This document shows positions 31,028 through 40,331 of a stretch of DNA of 64,000 nucleotides, piece after piece; within the stretch, counting starts at the first letter, position 1, and the number at the start of each line of letters is the position of its first letter. The notes beneath the pieces were generated by a model. That model was given only the letters and a program-made list of their open reading frames with translations, was not told the origin of the DNA and made no database searches. The translations under genes and the position numbers were made by a program. Source of the DNA: a virus; the IMG/VR virus record IMGVR_UViG_3300020477_001849, positions 11,651 through 75,650 of that record; one strand, given 5' to 3'.

Positions 31028-31975
31028 TCATCTACCTATTATTGCATCGATGGTGCATTGCAGTGACTGTGTAAAATCTGATGGACTGCTTATCCCTAGG
31101 GCTTTAATTTTCTCATTTGATATTGAGTAACGAAAATCATGACCTGGACGATCTTTAACAAAAGTAATCACACTGCTAGCATCTACACCCATAATTTCGC
31201 ATATTTTTTGGACAACAACCAAATTATTAACTTCTTGATTATGTGATAGATTATATGTCTCATTATATTTTCCTTTATCTAGTACATCATATATCATTCT
31301 TACACAATCTTTTACATAAAACCAGTCACGAACATTAGTTCCATCCCCGTATATTGGGACCGGCCGGTTTGAGAGGATGCAATTGACAACTGTTGGTATA
31401 AGCTTTTCAGCATGCTGCCTAGGGCCAAAATTATTACTCATCCTGACCATCTTGAATGTAGTGTTGTATGTGTTGTGATATGATGTCACTAAATGCTCTG
31501 CAGCAGCTTTGCTAGCAGAGTAGGGATTTCGTGGATTAAGCTTATCTTCCTCACTAAAAGACCCGGCATGCGCAGACCCATATACCTCATCTGTAGATAT
31601 GTGTAGCATTTTTATCTCAGGTAAGTCCTTACAGACATTCAATAATGATGCAACACCTTCTACATTCGATTTTAAGAATGGGATAATACTATTAATAGAA
31701 TTATCCACATGTGTTTCGGCCGCAAAATTAATAATCCAATCTATATTCCTTAAGTCGCAGAGCTCGCCGATGCTGTGAGTAGAACGTATATCATTATTGT
31801 ATAGCTTAAACTTATCATTGTCGTAATTGTGTTGAATATTTCCAGCTGAACCGGCATATGTAAAGCAATCCACGCCGATAACGGTATGTCCCTTCTCAAG
31901 CAATAGATCAACCATATGACTTCCTATAAATCCGGCGCATCCAGTCACCAGTATATTCATACCCTCAACATTCAT
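31028..31975 (-). CDS. rmlB: dTDP-glucose 4,6-dehydratase
   Basis: VTGCAGFIG, TYAG, FAAETHVDNSI, ISTDEVYG, PYSASKA, NNFGPRQ, RDW, DRPGHDFRY. Confidence 0.93.
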   Translation of the reverse strand: MNVEGMNILVTGCAGFIGSHMVDLLLEKGHTVIGVDCFTYAGSAGNIQHNYDNDKFKLYNNDIRSTHSIGELCDLRNIDWIINFAAETHVDNSINSIIPFLKSNVEGVASLLNVCKDLPEIKMLHISTDEVYGSAHAGSFSEEDKLNPRNPYSASKAAAEHLVTSYHNTYNTTFKMVRMSNNFGPRQHAEKLIPTVVNCILSNRPVPIYGDGTNVRDWFYVKDCVRMIYDVLDKGKYNETYNLSHNQEVNNLVVVQKICEIMGVDASSVITFVKDRPGHDFRYSISNEKIKALGISSPSDFTQSLQCTIDAIIGR

Positions 31976-33287
31976 TTAAACCACCATACCCCTCTATCAT
32001 TTTGCATATATAAGAAATCATTTCTTTTGACAGCGTGGGTGAGCAACCTATAAAGAACACATTGTCTAAAACCTTGTTTGAGTTAGGGTAATTCCTATAG
32101 TCTTCTATATGGCTATACGCTGGGTGTAATAAAATATTTCCTGCAAAATAATTTCGTGTCTGAATTTTATTATCCTCGAGGTACTTAACGAAGTCTTGTT
32201 TGAGCCCTTTAGTATTACAGACAATAGGTACACCAAACCAACTGGTCTCAGAATGAACTAGTTCATCCACCACCCTCACGCCCTTTATCTTTTCAACTGA
32301 CTCGTGTATTCTATCCTTATTTTCCCTGCGGATCTGGTGTATTTTGTCAAACTTTTTTAATTGTATTGAGCCTATCGCACCCTGAAAATCTAGGGGCTTT
32401 AAGTTATACCCTATATTGGAAAAAACATACTTGTGGTCAACAATCTCATCATATCCACTGATCCACTTGTCAAATCTCTTACCACATGTACCACAAGAAA
32501 GTAAATTTGCAGACCCCACGCAATAACAGTCCCTACCCCACCATGCAAAACTTCTTGCTAGCGAAATAACCTCAGGTATATTAGATGAAACCATCCCACC
32601 CTCACATGTCGTAATGTGGTGGGCAGGATAAAATGAACAAGAAGCAGCTACGGCATACTCAGTTAGAAATTTATCACGCCATTTTGACCCTAAGCTATCA
32701 CAGTTATCAGCTATTATTTTTACATTATTTTTCTCACAAATATTTACTAACCTATCTAAGTCATATGGATTTCCCAAAACAGGGGAAGAAAAAACTGCGA
32801 CGGTCTTGGCTGAGATTTTTCTTTCAACTTCATCCAAATTCCAGTTTAGGTCATCAAAATTTATATCAACGAATACAGGTTTAAGGCCGTTTTGGATAAT
32901 AGGGTTTAGGGTAGTCGGAAATCCCACACAGGAAACAATGATCTCGTCCCCATCTGACCACCCAAAATATTTCTTTAAGGCTGCGATGAGTACCAGGTTC
33001 GCGGAGCTACCGGAGTTCACCATAACAGAAGATTTAAACCCAAACTTTTTAGAAAAAGCTACCTCAAATTTTCTGACATGTTCTCCTGATGATAGCCACT
33101 TTCCTGATATTAACGAATCAAAAATTGCAGCAATCTCTTCTTCATCCCAATATGGGCCTGAGTAATATACCGGCGTCTTTCCAGGAACAAAGTTATTAGA
33201 ATTTTTAACATTAGCAAGGTACTTGAAAATGTTATCTTCTGATTTGCTCTCTAGTAGGCCGATCAGCCTTTCTTTAATTCCTTGCAT
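31965..33287 (-). CDS. rfbH: NDP-4-keto-6-deoxyglucose 3-dehydratase (E1; RfbH/DdhC family, PMP and 2Fe-2S)
   Basis: VNSGSSANL, DNCDSLG, SFYPAHHIT (His in place of the Schiff-base Lys), WGRDCYC...TCGKRF, DHKY, GYNLK, SWFG, FAGN. Confidence 0.9.
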   Translation of the reverse strand: MQGIKERLIGLLESKSEDNIFKYLANVKNSNNFVPGKTPVYYSGPYWDEEEIAAIFDSLISGKWLSSGEHVRKFEVAFSKKFGFKSSVMVNSGSSANLVLIAALKKYFGWSDGDEIIVSCVGFPTTLNPIIQNGLKPVFVDINFDDLNWNLDEVERKISAKTVAVFSSPVLGNPYDLDRLVNICEKNNVKIIADNCDSLGSKWRDKFLTEYAVAASCSFYPAHHITTCEGGMVSSNIPEVISLARSFAWWGRDCYCVGSANLLSCGTCGKRFDKWISGYDEIVDHKYVFSNIGYNLKPLDFQGAIGSIQLKKFDKIHQIRRENKDRIHESVEKIKGVRVVDELVHSETSWFGVPIVCNTKGLKQDFVKYLEDNKIQTRNYFAGNILLHPAYSHIEDYRNYPNSNKVLDNVFFIGCSPTLSKEMISYICKMIEGYGGLNEC

Positions 33288-34123
33288 AATCTCTTGATCC
33301 CTAGTTCAATATCATTTTTTTTCTTGTACCCCAAAGATAGAAGCTTACTGTTGTCTAGGTACATGTCCTTTACCTGGACTACTTTATGAAATTCAGGTAT
33401 TTCTATATGATTAATTTTACTAGTACTTTTTGTAATTTTCATTGAAAAATCTATAATATCTCTTATTTTTATTGGTTCTCCGTTTCCAATATTGAATATT
33501 TCATTTACACCCCCTTTCTTTAGAACCAGGTCTATCGCTTCACATGTGTCATTAATATGCATATAGTCCCTTATAACATTACCACCGTCATACAAATTAA
33601 CCTCTTCGTTATTTATTACTCTTTCCACCATATAGTGAAGGGCATTTTTTTTTGCTGAAGCTTTGAGGTCAGTTTTTCCGTAGACATTACACAACCGTAT
33701 TATTCTGTAGTTAATGCCAAATGTCTTACAATAACTGATGAGTAAATCCTCTGCACATTTCTTGGTTATAGAATAAAAGCCAGTTGGAAAACAATGGCTG
33801 TCTTCCCTGGCAGGTAAATCTGTATTTCCGTAGACAAACCATGAGCTTATAAAGTTAAAGACATCTAGGTGTTCCCTGTTGGCTTCAAGTACTGATATCA
33901 TGTGACTCAAATTTGTATTAATATCGACATGAGGATTATCAAACACATTGTAATTGTTGTTAGTGCTAATGAAATATAGAAAATTGCCGTTAGTAGACTT
34001 TAAAGAATTTCTGGGAATCGTGACATACGAATCACCAATAGCATCCTTATATTCACAAAAATTTGAACCGACATAGCCGGTAGATCCAAATATCGACAGC
34101 ACCTTATTCCTCATCACATGCAT
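33263..34123 (-). CDS. NAD-dependent sugar epimerase/reductase (extended SDR)
   Basis: GSTGYVG, ISSWFVYG, YSITK, RDYMH, FNIGNG. Confidence 0.85.
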   Translation of the reverse strand: MHVMRNKVLSIFGSTGYVGSNFCEYKDAIGDSYVTIPRNSLKSTNGNFLYFISTNNNYNVFDNPHVDINTNLSHMISVLEANREHLDVFNFISSWFVYGNTDLPAREDSHCFPTGFYSITKKCAEDLLISYCKTFGINYRIIRLCNVYGKTDLKASAKKNALHYMVERVINNEEVNLYDGGNVIRDYMHINDTCEAIDLVLKKGGVNEIFNIGNGEPIKIRDIIDFSMKITKSTSKINHIEIPEFHKVVQVKDMYLDNSKLLSLGYKKKNDIELGIKRLCKELKKG

Positions 34124-34823
34124 GCATCAACATATTTGCTTTATGGTACGATGTGAAAGTTCCAGCATCTGTCCACCACCCTTCTAGAAATGTGAATCCA
34201 GCTAAACCATCCTCAATGTACCCATGGTTAAGCTCTGTAATTTCATACTCTCCTCTACTCGAGGGTTTAAGCGATCTAATTCGATCAAAAACTGAATTAT
34301 CATACATGTATATTCCAGTAATACACAAGTCAGAAATGAACTCTTGAGGTTTTTCAATTGCTGCAACGACCTTTCCTTCTTTAATAACTGCGACTCCATA
34401 CCTTTCAGGGTCCGGCACTTTCTTTAGGAATAAAGAACATGGCATATCTGAGTTTTTATACTCATTAACGTGGGTCGCGAGATCATCTTCAAAGATATTA
34501 TCCCCTAATAGGACTATAAATTTCTCGTCTTTAACAAAGCTCTCTGCTAACCTAAGTGCATCTGCAATTCCTGCAGAACCGTCCTGGACTTTAAACGTAA
34601 AACTACAGCCGTGATTATTTCCGCTCCCAAGTAAGCTAATCATGTCTCCCATATGCTCAGTACCTGTAATCACCATTATATCTGAGATACCGGCAGTCGT
34701 TAGCTTAGAGACCAAGTGGAGTATCATCGGCTTTTTCCCTACGGGTAATAAATGCTTATTTGTAACATGAGTAAGAGGATGTAAACGACTTCCGGTACCC
34801 CCTGCTAGAATTACACCTTTCAT
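34104..34823 (-). CDS. rmlA: Glucose-1-phosphate thymidylyltransferase (short form)
   Basis: GVILAGGTGSRLHPLT...NKHLLP, LGDN, EKP, RGEYEIT, WTDAGT. Confidence 0.92.
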   Translation of the reverse strand: MKGVILAGGTGSRLHPLTHVTNKHLLPVGKKPMILHLVSKLTTAGISDIMVITGTEHMGDMISLLGSGNNHGCSFTFKVQDGSAGIADALRLAESFVKDEKFIVLLGDNIFEDDLATHVNEYKNSDMPCSLFLKKVPDPERYGVAVIKEGKVVAAIEKPQEFISDLCITGIYMYDNSVFDRIRSLKPSSRGEYEITELNHGYIEDGLAGFTFLEGWWTDAGTFTSYHKANMLMHACDEE

Positions 34824-35587
34824 TACTTAGTATCCTCACTTTCTCTAATACTCGTTAGTCTATCACTATAGGCTTTCCTAACTTTTGCATGTGTGGGATC
34901 AGATAACATCTCTTCCGTGAATTGATTATCTTCTATAAAAGAAAAAATCAACCTTATAGATCCGGGCCCTGAATCACCGATAACGTTGTGGAGCATAGAT
35001 GTGTTAAAGAGAAGTGCCTTATTGTTGTCTGCGCTAATAACCCTCTTTTTAAGAACCCTAAAGATCTCTTTATCATATCCACTAAACCCAGGAGACAAAA
35101 AGCTACTTGACTCTTGGTTTAAAAACCACATTAACTGGCTACCCTCAAGTATTTCCAGCATTGGATATAATTTTTCGCTAACCTCAGGATAGTATATAAT
35201 CTTATGGGCGGGTGGTACCATCCCGACCGACTTGCCGGAACTATAGTAGGCATCTCTATGCCATGGCATATAACTGCTAGTGCTAGAAGACTTTCTTATT
35301 TGAATATGTGATAGTACTAAGTCATGACCAACTAAGCTATGAATTGCATTATGGAAATTATTTTCAAATAAAAATTCTACAAAGCAATCATCATACCCAA
35401 AAACATTAGGCCTGAGATCTTTTGTGCCACGGTATTTCTCTTCCCATGTAAAGCCATTTTTTAAAGAGTCATTTAAAAAAAAATTCTTTAAATTTTCATT
35501 AACAGCAGTTGTACTAGTACACTCCTTGATATCAAGGAGTGAATATCCCTTAACAAAAAAAGATGATCTTGAACTATGAATATTCAT
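34823..35587 (-). CDS. 2OG-Fe(II) dioxygenase (PhyH-like)
   Basis: PWHRD...LLFNTSMLH...R facial-triad pattern. Confidence 0.7.
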   Translation of the reverse strand: MNIHSSRSSFFVKGYSLLDIKECTSTTAVNENLKNFFLNDSLKNGFTWEEKYRGTKDLRPNVFGYDDCFVEFLFENNFHNAIHSLVGHDLVLSHIQIRKSSSTSSYMPWHRDAYYSSGKSVGMVPPAHKIIYYPEVSEKLYPMLEILEGSQLMWFLNQESSSFLSPGFSGYDKEIFRVLKKRVISADNNKALLFNTSMLHNVIGDSGPGSIRLIFSFIEDNQFTEEMLSDPTHAKVRKAYSDRLTSIRESEDTK

Positions 35588-35592
35588 ATTTG

Positions 35593-36333
35593 CTACCAGT
35601 CCATGATATAGTCTTCCAGCTTAATAGAGGGATGTGTTAGAAGTACCTGTCCGTAGTCTATTTCATCATCTGCTAACCTTCTATCATCGAAGAATATTCT
35701 CCTATCCATAATAATCAACTCTTTACTATCATCTTGTATTTCGTCAATTACTGTTGCACAGTCTATGTCAAGTTGCTTTTTAGATGGAAGGTGATAATCA
35801 TCAAAAAGCAAAAACTTCGTATATCGATCTTTAGATAGGTTCCAATCCTGTAAAACGGCATCATACCTGTGGTCACCATCTATGTATATCAATTCATAAT
35901 TATCGGAGGTATCGCCTAAGAAATCTTGTGACTTACCTTTCACAAAATCTATCTTATTCCACCATGGCTGAGGTATAACCCTAGCTAGGTTTTGAAAAAG
36001 TTCTTCATCCAAATTTGGATCAACAGTAGTAATGTTTCCATCGATACCTAGGTCGGCCATGGCCTTTGCCATACAGATAGCTGAGTACCCTCTTCCGGTA
36101 CCAATTTCTAAAATGCTACTTATATTAAAGGTTGCAATAAGCGAGTGAAGCAAAATACCTCTCTCATAATTAGGCCTAAAAAAACACCCAACAGACTTGT
36201 ATAAGTCTTTTGAGGGATCCCTAGCTTTCTTTGCAGTCATTTCTCCTATCTGGTCAAAATCGCCTAGCGAAATGCGATCTAGAGAAAACCCTATCTCTTC
36301 TAACTTATCCTTAATAAAAACTTTTTTAATCAT
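35593..36333 (-). CDS. Class I SAM-dependent methyltransferase (Methyltransf_24-like)
   Basis: LEIGTGRGYS, IYIDGDHRYDAV, FDDY. Confidence 0.85.
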   Translation of the reverse strand: MIKKVFIKDKLEEIGFSLDRISLGDFDQIGEMTAKKARDPSKDLYKSVGCFFRPNYERGILLHSLIATFNISSILEIGTGRGYSAICMAKAMADLGIDGNITTVDPNLDEELFQNLARVIPQPWWNKIDFVKGKSQDFLGDTSDNYELIYIDGDHRYDAVLQDWNLSKDRYTKFLLFDDYHLPSKKQLDIDCATVIDEIQDDSKELIIMDRRIFFDDRRLADDEIDYGQVLLTHPSIKLEDYIMDW

Positions 36334-36354
36334 ATTATACCTCGTCGTATTTTA

Positions 36355-36717
36355 TTAATCACCTTTTAAAAGGCGATAACTATCTTCATCAAAATGCTGG
36401 GTGGAAAACTCAAATAATTCAGTGTCCTCGAGAGCTATCATTTGATGACGAAGCCCTCTATAGACATGAAAATTGTCTCCAGGAACCAACACCGCCTCCT
36501 CTGCAAGGGTAATATCATCCTTGTCAGAGTATTTTACTAACAACTTTCCTGATTGGACATAAAAAACTTCATCTTTTATTTTGTGGTAATGCCAAGAACA
36601 TCGCTTATCTTTAACGAAGTAAAGTAACTTTCCGCAATATTCTTCGCAGTTAACAATCCACTTCTCAAATCCCCACCCTTTCGGCACAAACTTAATTGGT
36701 AACGCGTTCTGCATCAT
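36355..36717 (-). CDS. Cupin-fold sugar isomerase (mannose-6-phosphate isomerase type II / lyxose isomerase-like)
   Basis: KGWGFE, SWHYHKIKDEVF, H...EFST, DSYR. Confidence 0.8.
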   Translation of the reverse strand: MMQNALPIKFVPKGWGFEKWIVNCEEYCGKLLYFVKDKRCSWHYHKIKDEVFYVQSGKLLVKYSDKDDITLAEEAVLVPGDNFHVYRGLRHQMIALEDTELFEFSTQHFDEDSYRLLKGD

Positions 36718-37490
36718 ACATCATCCCTATTAACGACGTATGTACCAAAGCTCTTTACCGATATTGCAGCAATCTTATTTGCGAACTTTATGGATTTCTC
36801 GATATCCCTATCAAGCATATATGAATTTATAAAGCCGGCAAAAAACGAATCACCTGCCCCGCAAACATCAAAAACCTGTACATCATCTGTGGGGAAAGTC
36901 TTATTGTTCCACACCGCGCCAGACTTTCCCAGTGTTACGATAAGCTCATATTCATTAGGTAGTTTTTTAAGTTTCTTACTTTCTTTCTCATTTATTTTTA
37001 TAAAAGAGTTATGAAAACAAGACAAGTCACTTTTTTTGCTGTCAACGAATACGGGGATATCAGCTTCATTAGCTATCCTGGTAATCTTTCTCGCTACAGC
37101 ATGACTAACAAATCCCTTATCATAGTCTGATATAACGACACATGAATATAGAGAAATATTTATCTCATCTATTGACCGCAAGGACATTTGAGATACTTTT
37201 TGCTCTTCGCCATGATCAACACGTAGCATATGCTGCATGAAGGTATTTTCAACAAATCTCTCTTTAACTATATTTTCTTTATTGGTGTAGATGTCGACAT
37301 TAAAACAAAAATTCTCCAAGTGCCGCAAGACATTTAGCGCCATCCCTGGACGATTCTCTACCCTTATAGTTTTCAGTATAGGAACAGGAGCCTCTGGGCT
37401 CATTCTTTCGCATATACCAAAATTATATTTGTCGGTGCAAGAATCACCTATCAATAATATTCTTGATGATTTTTGTTGTTGAGTATTCAT
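36714..37490 (-). CDS. hldA: PfkB-family heptose-7-phosphate kinase (HldA / HldE kinase domain)
   Basis: ILLIGD, ERMSPEAPVP, ISDYDKG, FVDSK, KINEKE, DVCGAGD. Likely start ATG 37490 inside the hldC 3' end. Confidence 0.85.
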   Translation of the reverse strand: MNTQQQKSSRILLIGDSCTDKYNFGICERMSPEAPVPILKTIRVENRPGMALNVLRHLENFCFNVDIYTNKENIVKERFVENTFMQHMLRVDHGEEQKVSQMSLRSIDEINISLYSCVVISDYDKGFVSHAVARKITRIANEADIPVFVDSKKSDLSCFHNSFIKINEKESKKLKKLPNEYELIVTLGKSGAVWNNKTFPTDDVQVFDVCGAGDSFFAGFINSYMLDRDIEKSIKFANKIAAISVKSFGTYVVNRDDV

Positions 37491-37836
37491 TGATGTAATT
37501 AAAAATGACAACCTTAGCTATGTCGTTGCCAATAACCTCTGAGTGTTTGTAGTCGCCGCCTTTAACGATTATATCAGGTTTTAACTGTTTGATTAAGCTG
37601 TAAGGCGTATCCTCATCAAAAATGATAACCTCATCAACATACCTTAAAGCCCTCAACAATTCAGCCCTATCATCTTGATTATTAATAGGACGATGAGACC
37701 CTTTGATACGACGAATACTATCATCCGAATTTAGCCCTAGGATAATTCGGTCACCTAATGTACTACAAAACCTTAATAATTCTATATGCCCACGGTGTAA
37801 AATATCAAAACACCCATTAGTAAAAATGGTAGTCAA
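37444..37836 (-). CDS. hldC: Heptose-1-phosphate adenylyltransferase (HldC / RfaE domain II)
   Basis: FTNGCFDILHRGH, GLNSDDS, KG..RP, FDEDTP, KGGDY, YSTT. Confidence 0.92.
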   Translation of the reverse strand: MTTIFTNGCFDILHRGHIELLRFCSTLGDRIILGLNSDDSIRRIKGSHRPINNQDDRAELLRALRYVDEVIIFDEDTPYSLIKQLKPDIIVKGGDYKHSEVIGNDIAKVVIFNYINEYSTTKIIKNIIDR

Positions 37837-38669
37837 ATCTTAAGATTCTCCAGTATTGCAGTGGATATCTCTGTTGGGTCGTGCATTGATGCATCTTTTT
37901 CACAGTCAGCACACTTAATTTTCATCCCGCAGGGTCCATGAGTAGATATATCAATATTGATATTCTGGGGATATGCTACCATTTTAGAAGACTGGTATCC
38001 GGTAATGACAACAACTGCTGGGGTATCTACTGCTGTTGCTGCGTGAACAAGGCCGCCCTCAGACCCAACAAACATTAATGACCTCTTGATAACAGCAGAA
38101 GCTTCTCTAAACGTTGTTTTTCCGGTGAGATCTATGACAGAATCTAGGACAGGTGACCCTTCTACACCCACTTGCACAACGCTAACGCTCGTAGAAATTT
38201 TATTGACGACCTGTTGCCACTTAGGTAGGGGGTATGCTCTGTTAGGTGTATAATTGTCCTTTGAGTACGGCTCTATAACAATAAAGTTATTCAGGTTAGA
38301 AACTAATTCATCAGCATATTTCTCTTCACTGTCATCTAGAAATAGCTCACATTTAAGTTGGGGATGATCGATTCCATATGCTTTACAGATTGTTTCTATG
38401 ATGTGATTATCACATTTATGCAGTGCATGTCCAGGAGTGTCCTTAATACAATAATTTGTCTTAGGATTATTCATCTCTACTGGAAATGAGTTATTCGATA
38501 GATCGCTAAGCTCTTGTGATATTATGGGATTGTTCTTAAACGCATCTGAGAAAACTAGTTTGATGAATGAACCGTGGCGTTCTATAGGCAAAATGCGGAT
38601 TGGAAAGCTCACAGTTTTTTGGATTTCCCTAGCAAGTGCAGTCCATGTTAAATATCCTCCAAGTCCCAT
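37833..38669 (-). CDS. Glycosyltransferase family 9 (heptosyltransferase-like)
   Basis: GLGG N-terminus, DLTGKTTFRE, FVGSEGGLVHAATAV. Confidence 0.8.
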   Translation of the reverse strand: MGLGGYLTWTALAREIQKTVSFPIRILPIERHGSFIKLVFSDAFKNNPIISQELSDLSNNSFPVEMNNPKTNYCIKDTPGHALHKCDNHIIETICKAYGIDHPQLKCELFLDDSEEKYADELVSNLNNFIVIEPYSKDNYTPNRAYPLPKWQQVVNKISTSVSVVQVGVEGSPVLDSVIDLTGKTTFREASAVIKRSLMFVGSEGGLVHAATAVDTPAVVVITGYQSSKMVAYPQNINIDISTHGPCGMKIKCADCEKDASMHDPTEISTAILENLKI

Positions 38670-38685
38670 AATAAAAATTCCTACG

Positions 38686-39588
38686 CTATCCAGCTGCGAT
38701 TGTTTCTAAAACAGTTAAGTACTTTTTTGCACACGATAAAATATCAAGGCTGGAGTCATTTCCAGTATGCACAATTTTCGAAAAGTCCATTTTAGGGGGT
38801 TCATAAAGTTTTGTCGGGTTTAAGTCCCATTCATCTTCTTGAATTATAATTGCATTTTTTCCTGCAATCTCTTTTGTGCCCCCGGTAGAAGAACAAATAA
38901 TCTGGCAACCACTAGCTCTGGCATCCACCACTACATTGGGACAATGATCTAACCATGACATATGTACAAATTTATCGGCCCTTTTACATAATCCTATTAG
39001 TTGTGTCCAAACAACATCACCCACAAAAAATATCCTGTCATCTCCTAGCTTCTTCATTGTGGCATCATCTACGGTACCTGCAACAATCATGCATGCATCG
39101 CTAGGGGCGCATTCATGGAAATACCTAATATTCTCGTCTAGCCTCTTATGAGGCCTCCAGTGGGATGCACAAAGCCATACCTCTGATCTATTATCTAATT
39201 TGTGATCATTAATTGGATTAATATTATCAATATTTTTAGTGTATGTACCATTATGAATGACGTGTAAATTATCTCTATTACCGAAATATTTCTTAACAAG
39301 CCCTAAGTCAAACTCAGACTGAATTATAATTGCTGCTGCATCATCATATGATGCCTTGATGGGCTCATTCATTCTTTCCCACTCTTGAGCACTGTTAAAA
39401 TAGATTCCGTCTAACCTTAAGGCAACAGGAGCATATTTCCTAGTGGTTGAAATAAAGCTCAACTGTACATCTCCGCCACGTGTCGTTATAGCGTGGCCCA
39501 TGTCATGAAAACCATGCGCTAGTTTACCAGCAAATTGATTAGGGCCTGAATTACTATAGAAGTCTACATTATTAAAACATATTCTCAT
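38686..39588 (-). CDS. Glycosyltransferase, GT4-like
   Basis: SGPNQF, RLDG, WRPHKRL, DHCPNVVVDARASG. Confidence 0.8.
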   Translation of the reverse strand: MRICFNNVDFYSNSGPNQFAGKLAHGFHDMGHAITTRGGDVQLSFISTTRKYAPVALRLDGIYFNSAQEWERMNEPIKASYDDAAAIIIQSEFDLGLVKKYFGNRDNLHVIHNGTYTKNIDNINPINDHKLDNRSEVWLCASHWRPHKRLDENIRYFHECAPSDACMIVAGTVDDATMKKLGDDRIFFVGDVVWTQLIGLCKRADKFVHMSWLDHCPNVVVDARASGCQIICSSTGGTKEIAGKNAIIIQEDEWDLNPTKLYEPPKMDFSKIVHTGNDSSLDILSCAKKYLTVLETIAAG

Positions 39589-40331
39589 ATAATGAATCCT
39601 CTTTCCCTTATCTTCTCAGCAGATTGTTTTTGATTGAGGGACCTATCACATGTAAAAAGGTGGGGATCTTTTAAGTCTATACTGTAGTGGTAGCACACCA
39701 TAGGTAAAAACATCCTATGCCGTTTCTCGACCCTTGCTTTGTGTAGTATAGGCAAGAAAACAGCTTGATCACACGCAATCATGATCCAATTACCATCTTC
39801 ATCTTTAAAATTATTAATGTTAATATCATCAATCGATTTTTTTCGAAACGTCTTTAGGTGACTACTAACCCATGGGTACTGGTATTCATTAGCATCAGGT
39901 GGCAGCGGTGCAGATATATTTTTATTGGTAAAAGACCAGCGGTGTTTTGTCCATACTAGTGCAGGGTCCTTTGAACGATATACATCATCCAGTATTCTGA
40001 GTGTATCTAGATCAGTTAACCAATCACCACCATCTAATCTACAAACTACCTCATCGTCCTCTATCGTTTGGACAGCATCAATGGTATTTCTTACCTCGCC
40101 AAATTTCTCTTCCCTTTTTATAACCGTTAATTTATTGCCTAAATTAAAATGCCTAGACATTGCCTCAACAACTTCTGCTGTATTATCCGTTGACATATCA
40201 TCATACACAACCATCCTCCAGTCTTGATATGATTGTGCTATGACCGAGATACATGTCTGAACTATATTGTTTGCACAGTTAAATGCAGGTGTAACAATTA
40301 CAAACTTAGTCTTGTCTTGATAACCACTCAT
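39585..40331 (-). CDS. Glycosyltransferase family 2
   Basis: IVTPAFN, SVIAQ, DDMSTD, RLDGGDWL. Confidence 0.85.
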   Translation of the reverse strand: MSGYQDKTKFVIVTPAFNCANNIVQTCISVIAQSYQDWRMVVYDDMSTDNTAEVVEAMSRHFNLGNKLTVIKREEKFGEVRNTIDAVQTIEDDEVVCRLDGGDWLTDLDTLRILDDVYRSKDPALVWTKHRWSFTNKNISAPLPPDANEYQYPWVSSHLKTFRKKSIDDININNFKDEDGNWIMIACDQAVFLPILHKARVEKRHRMFLPMVCYHYSIDLKDPHLFTCDRSLNQKQSAEKIRERGFII

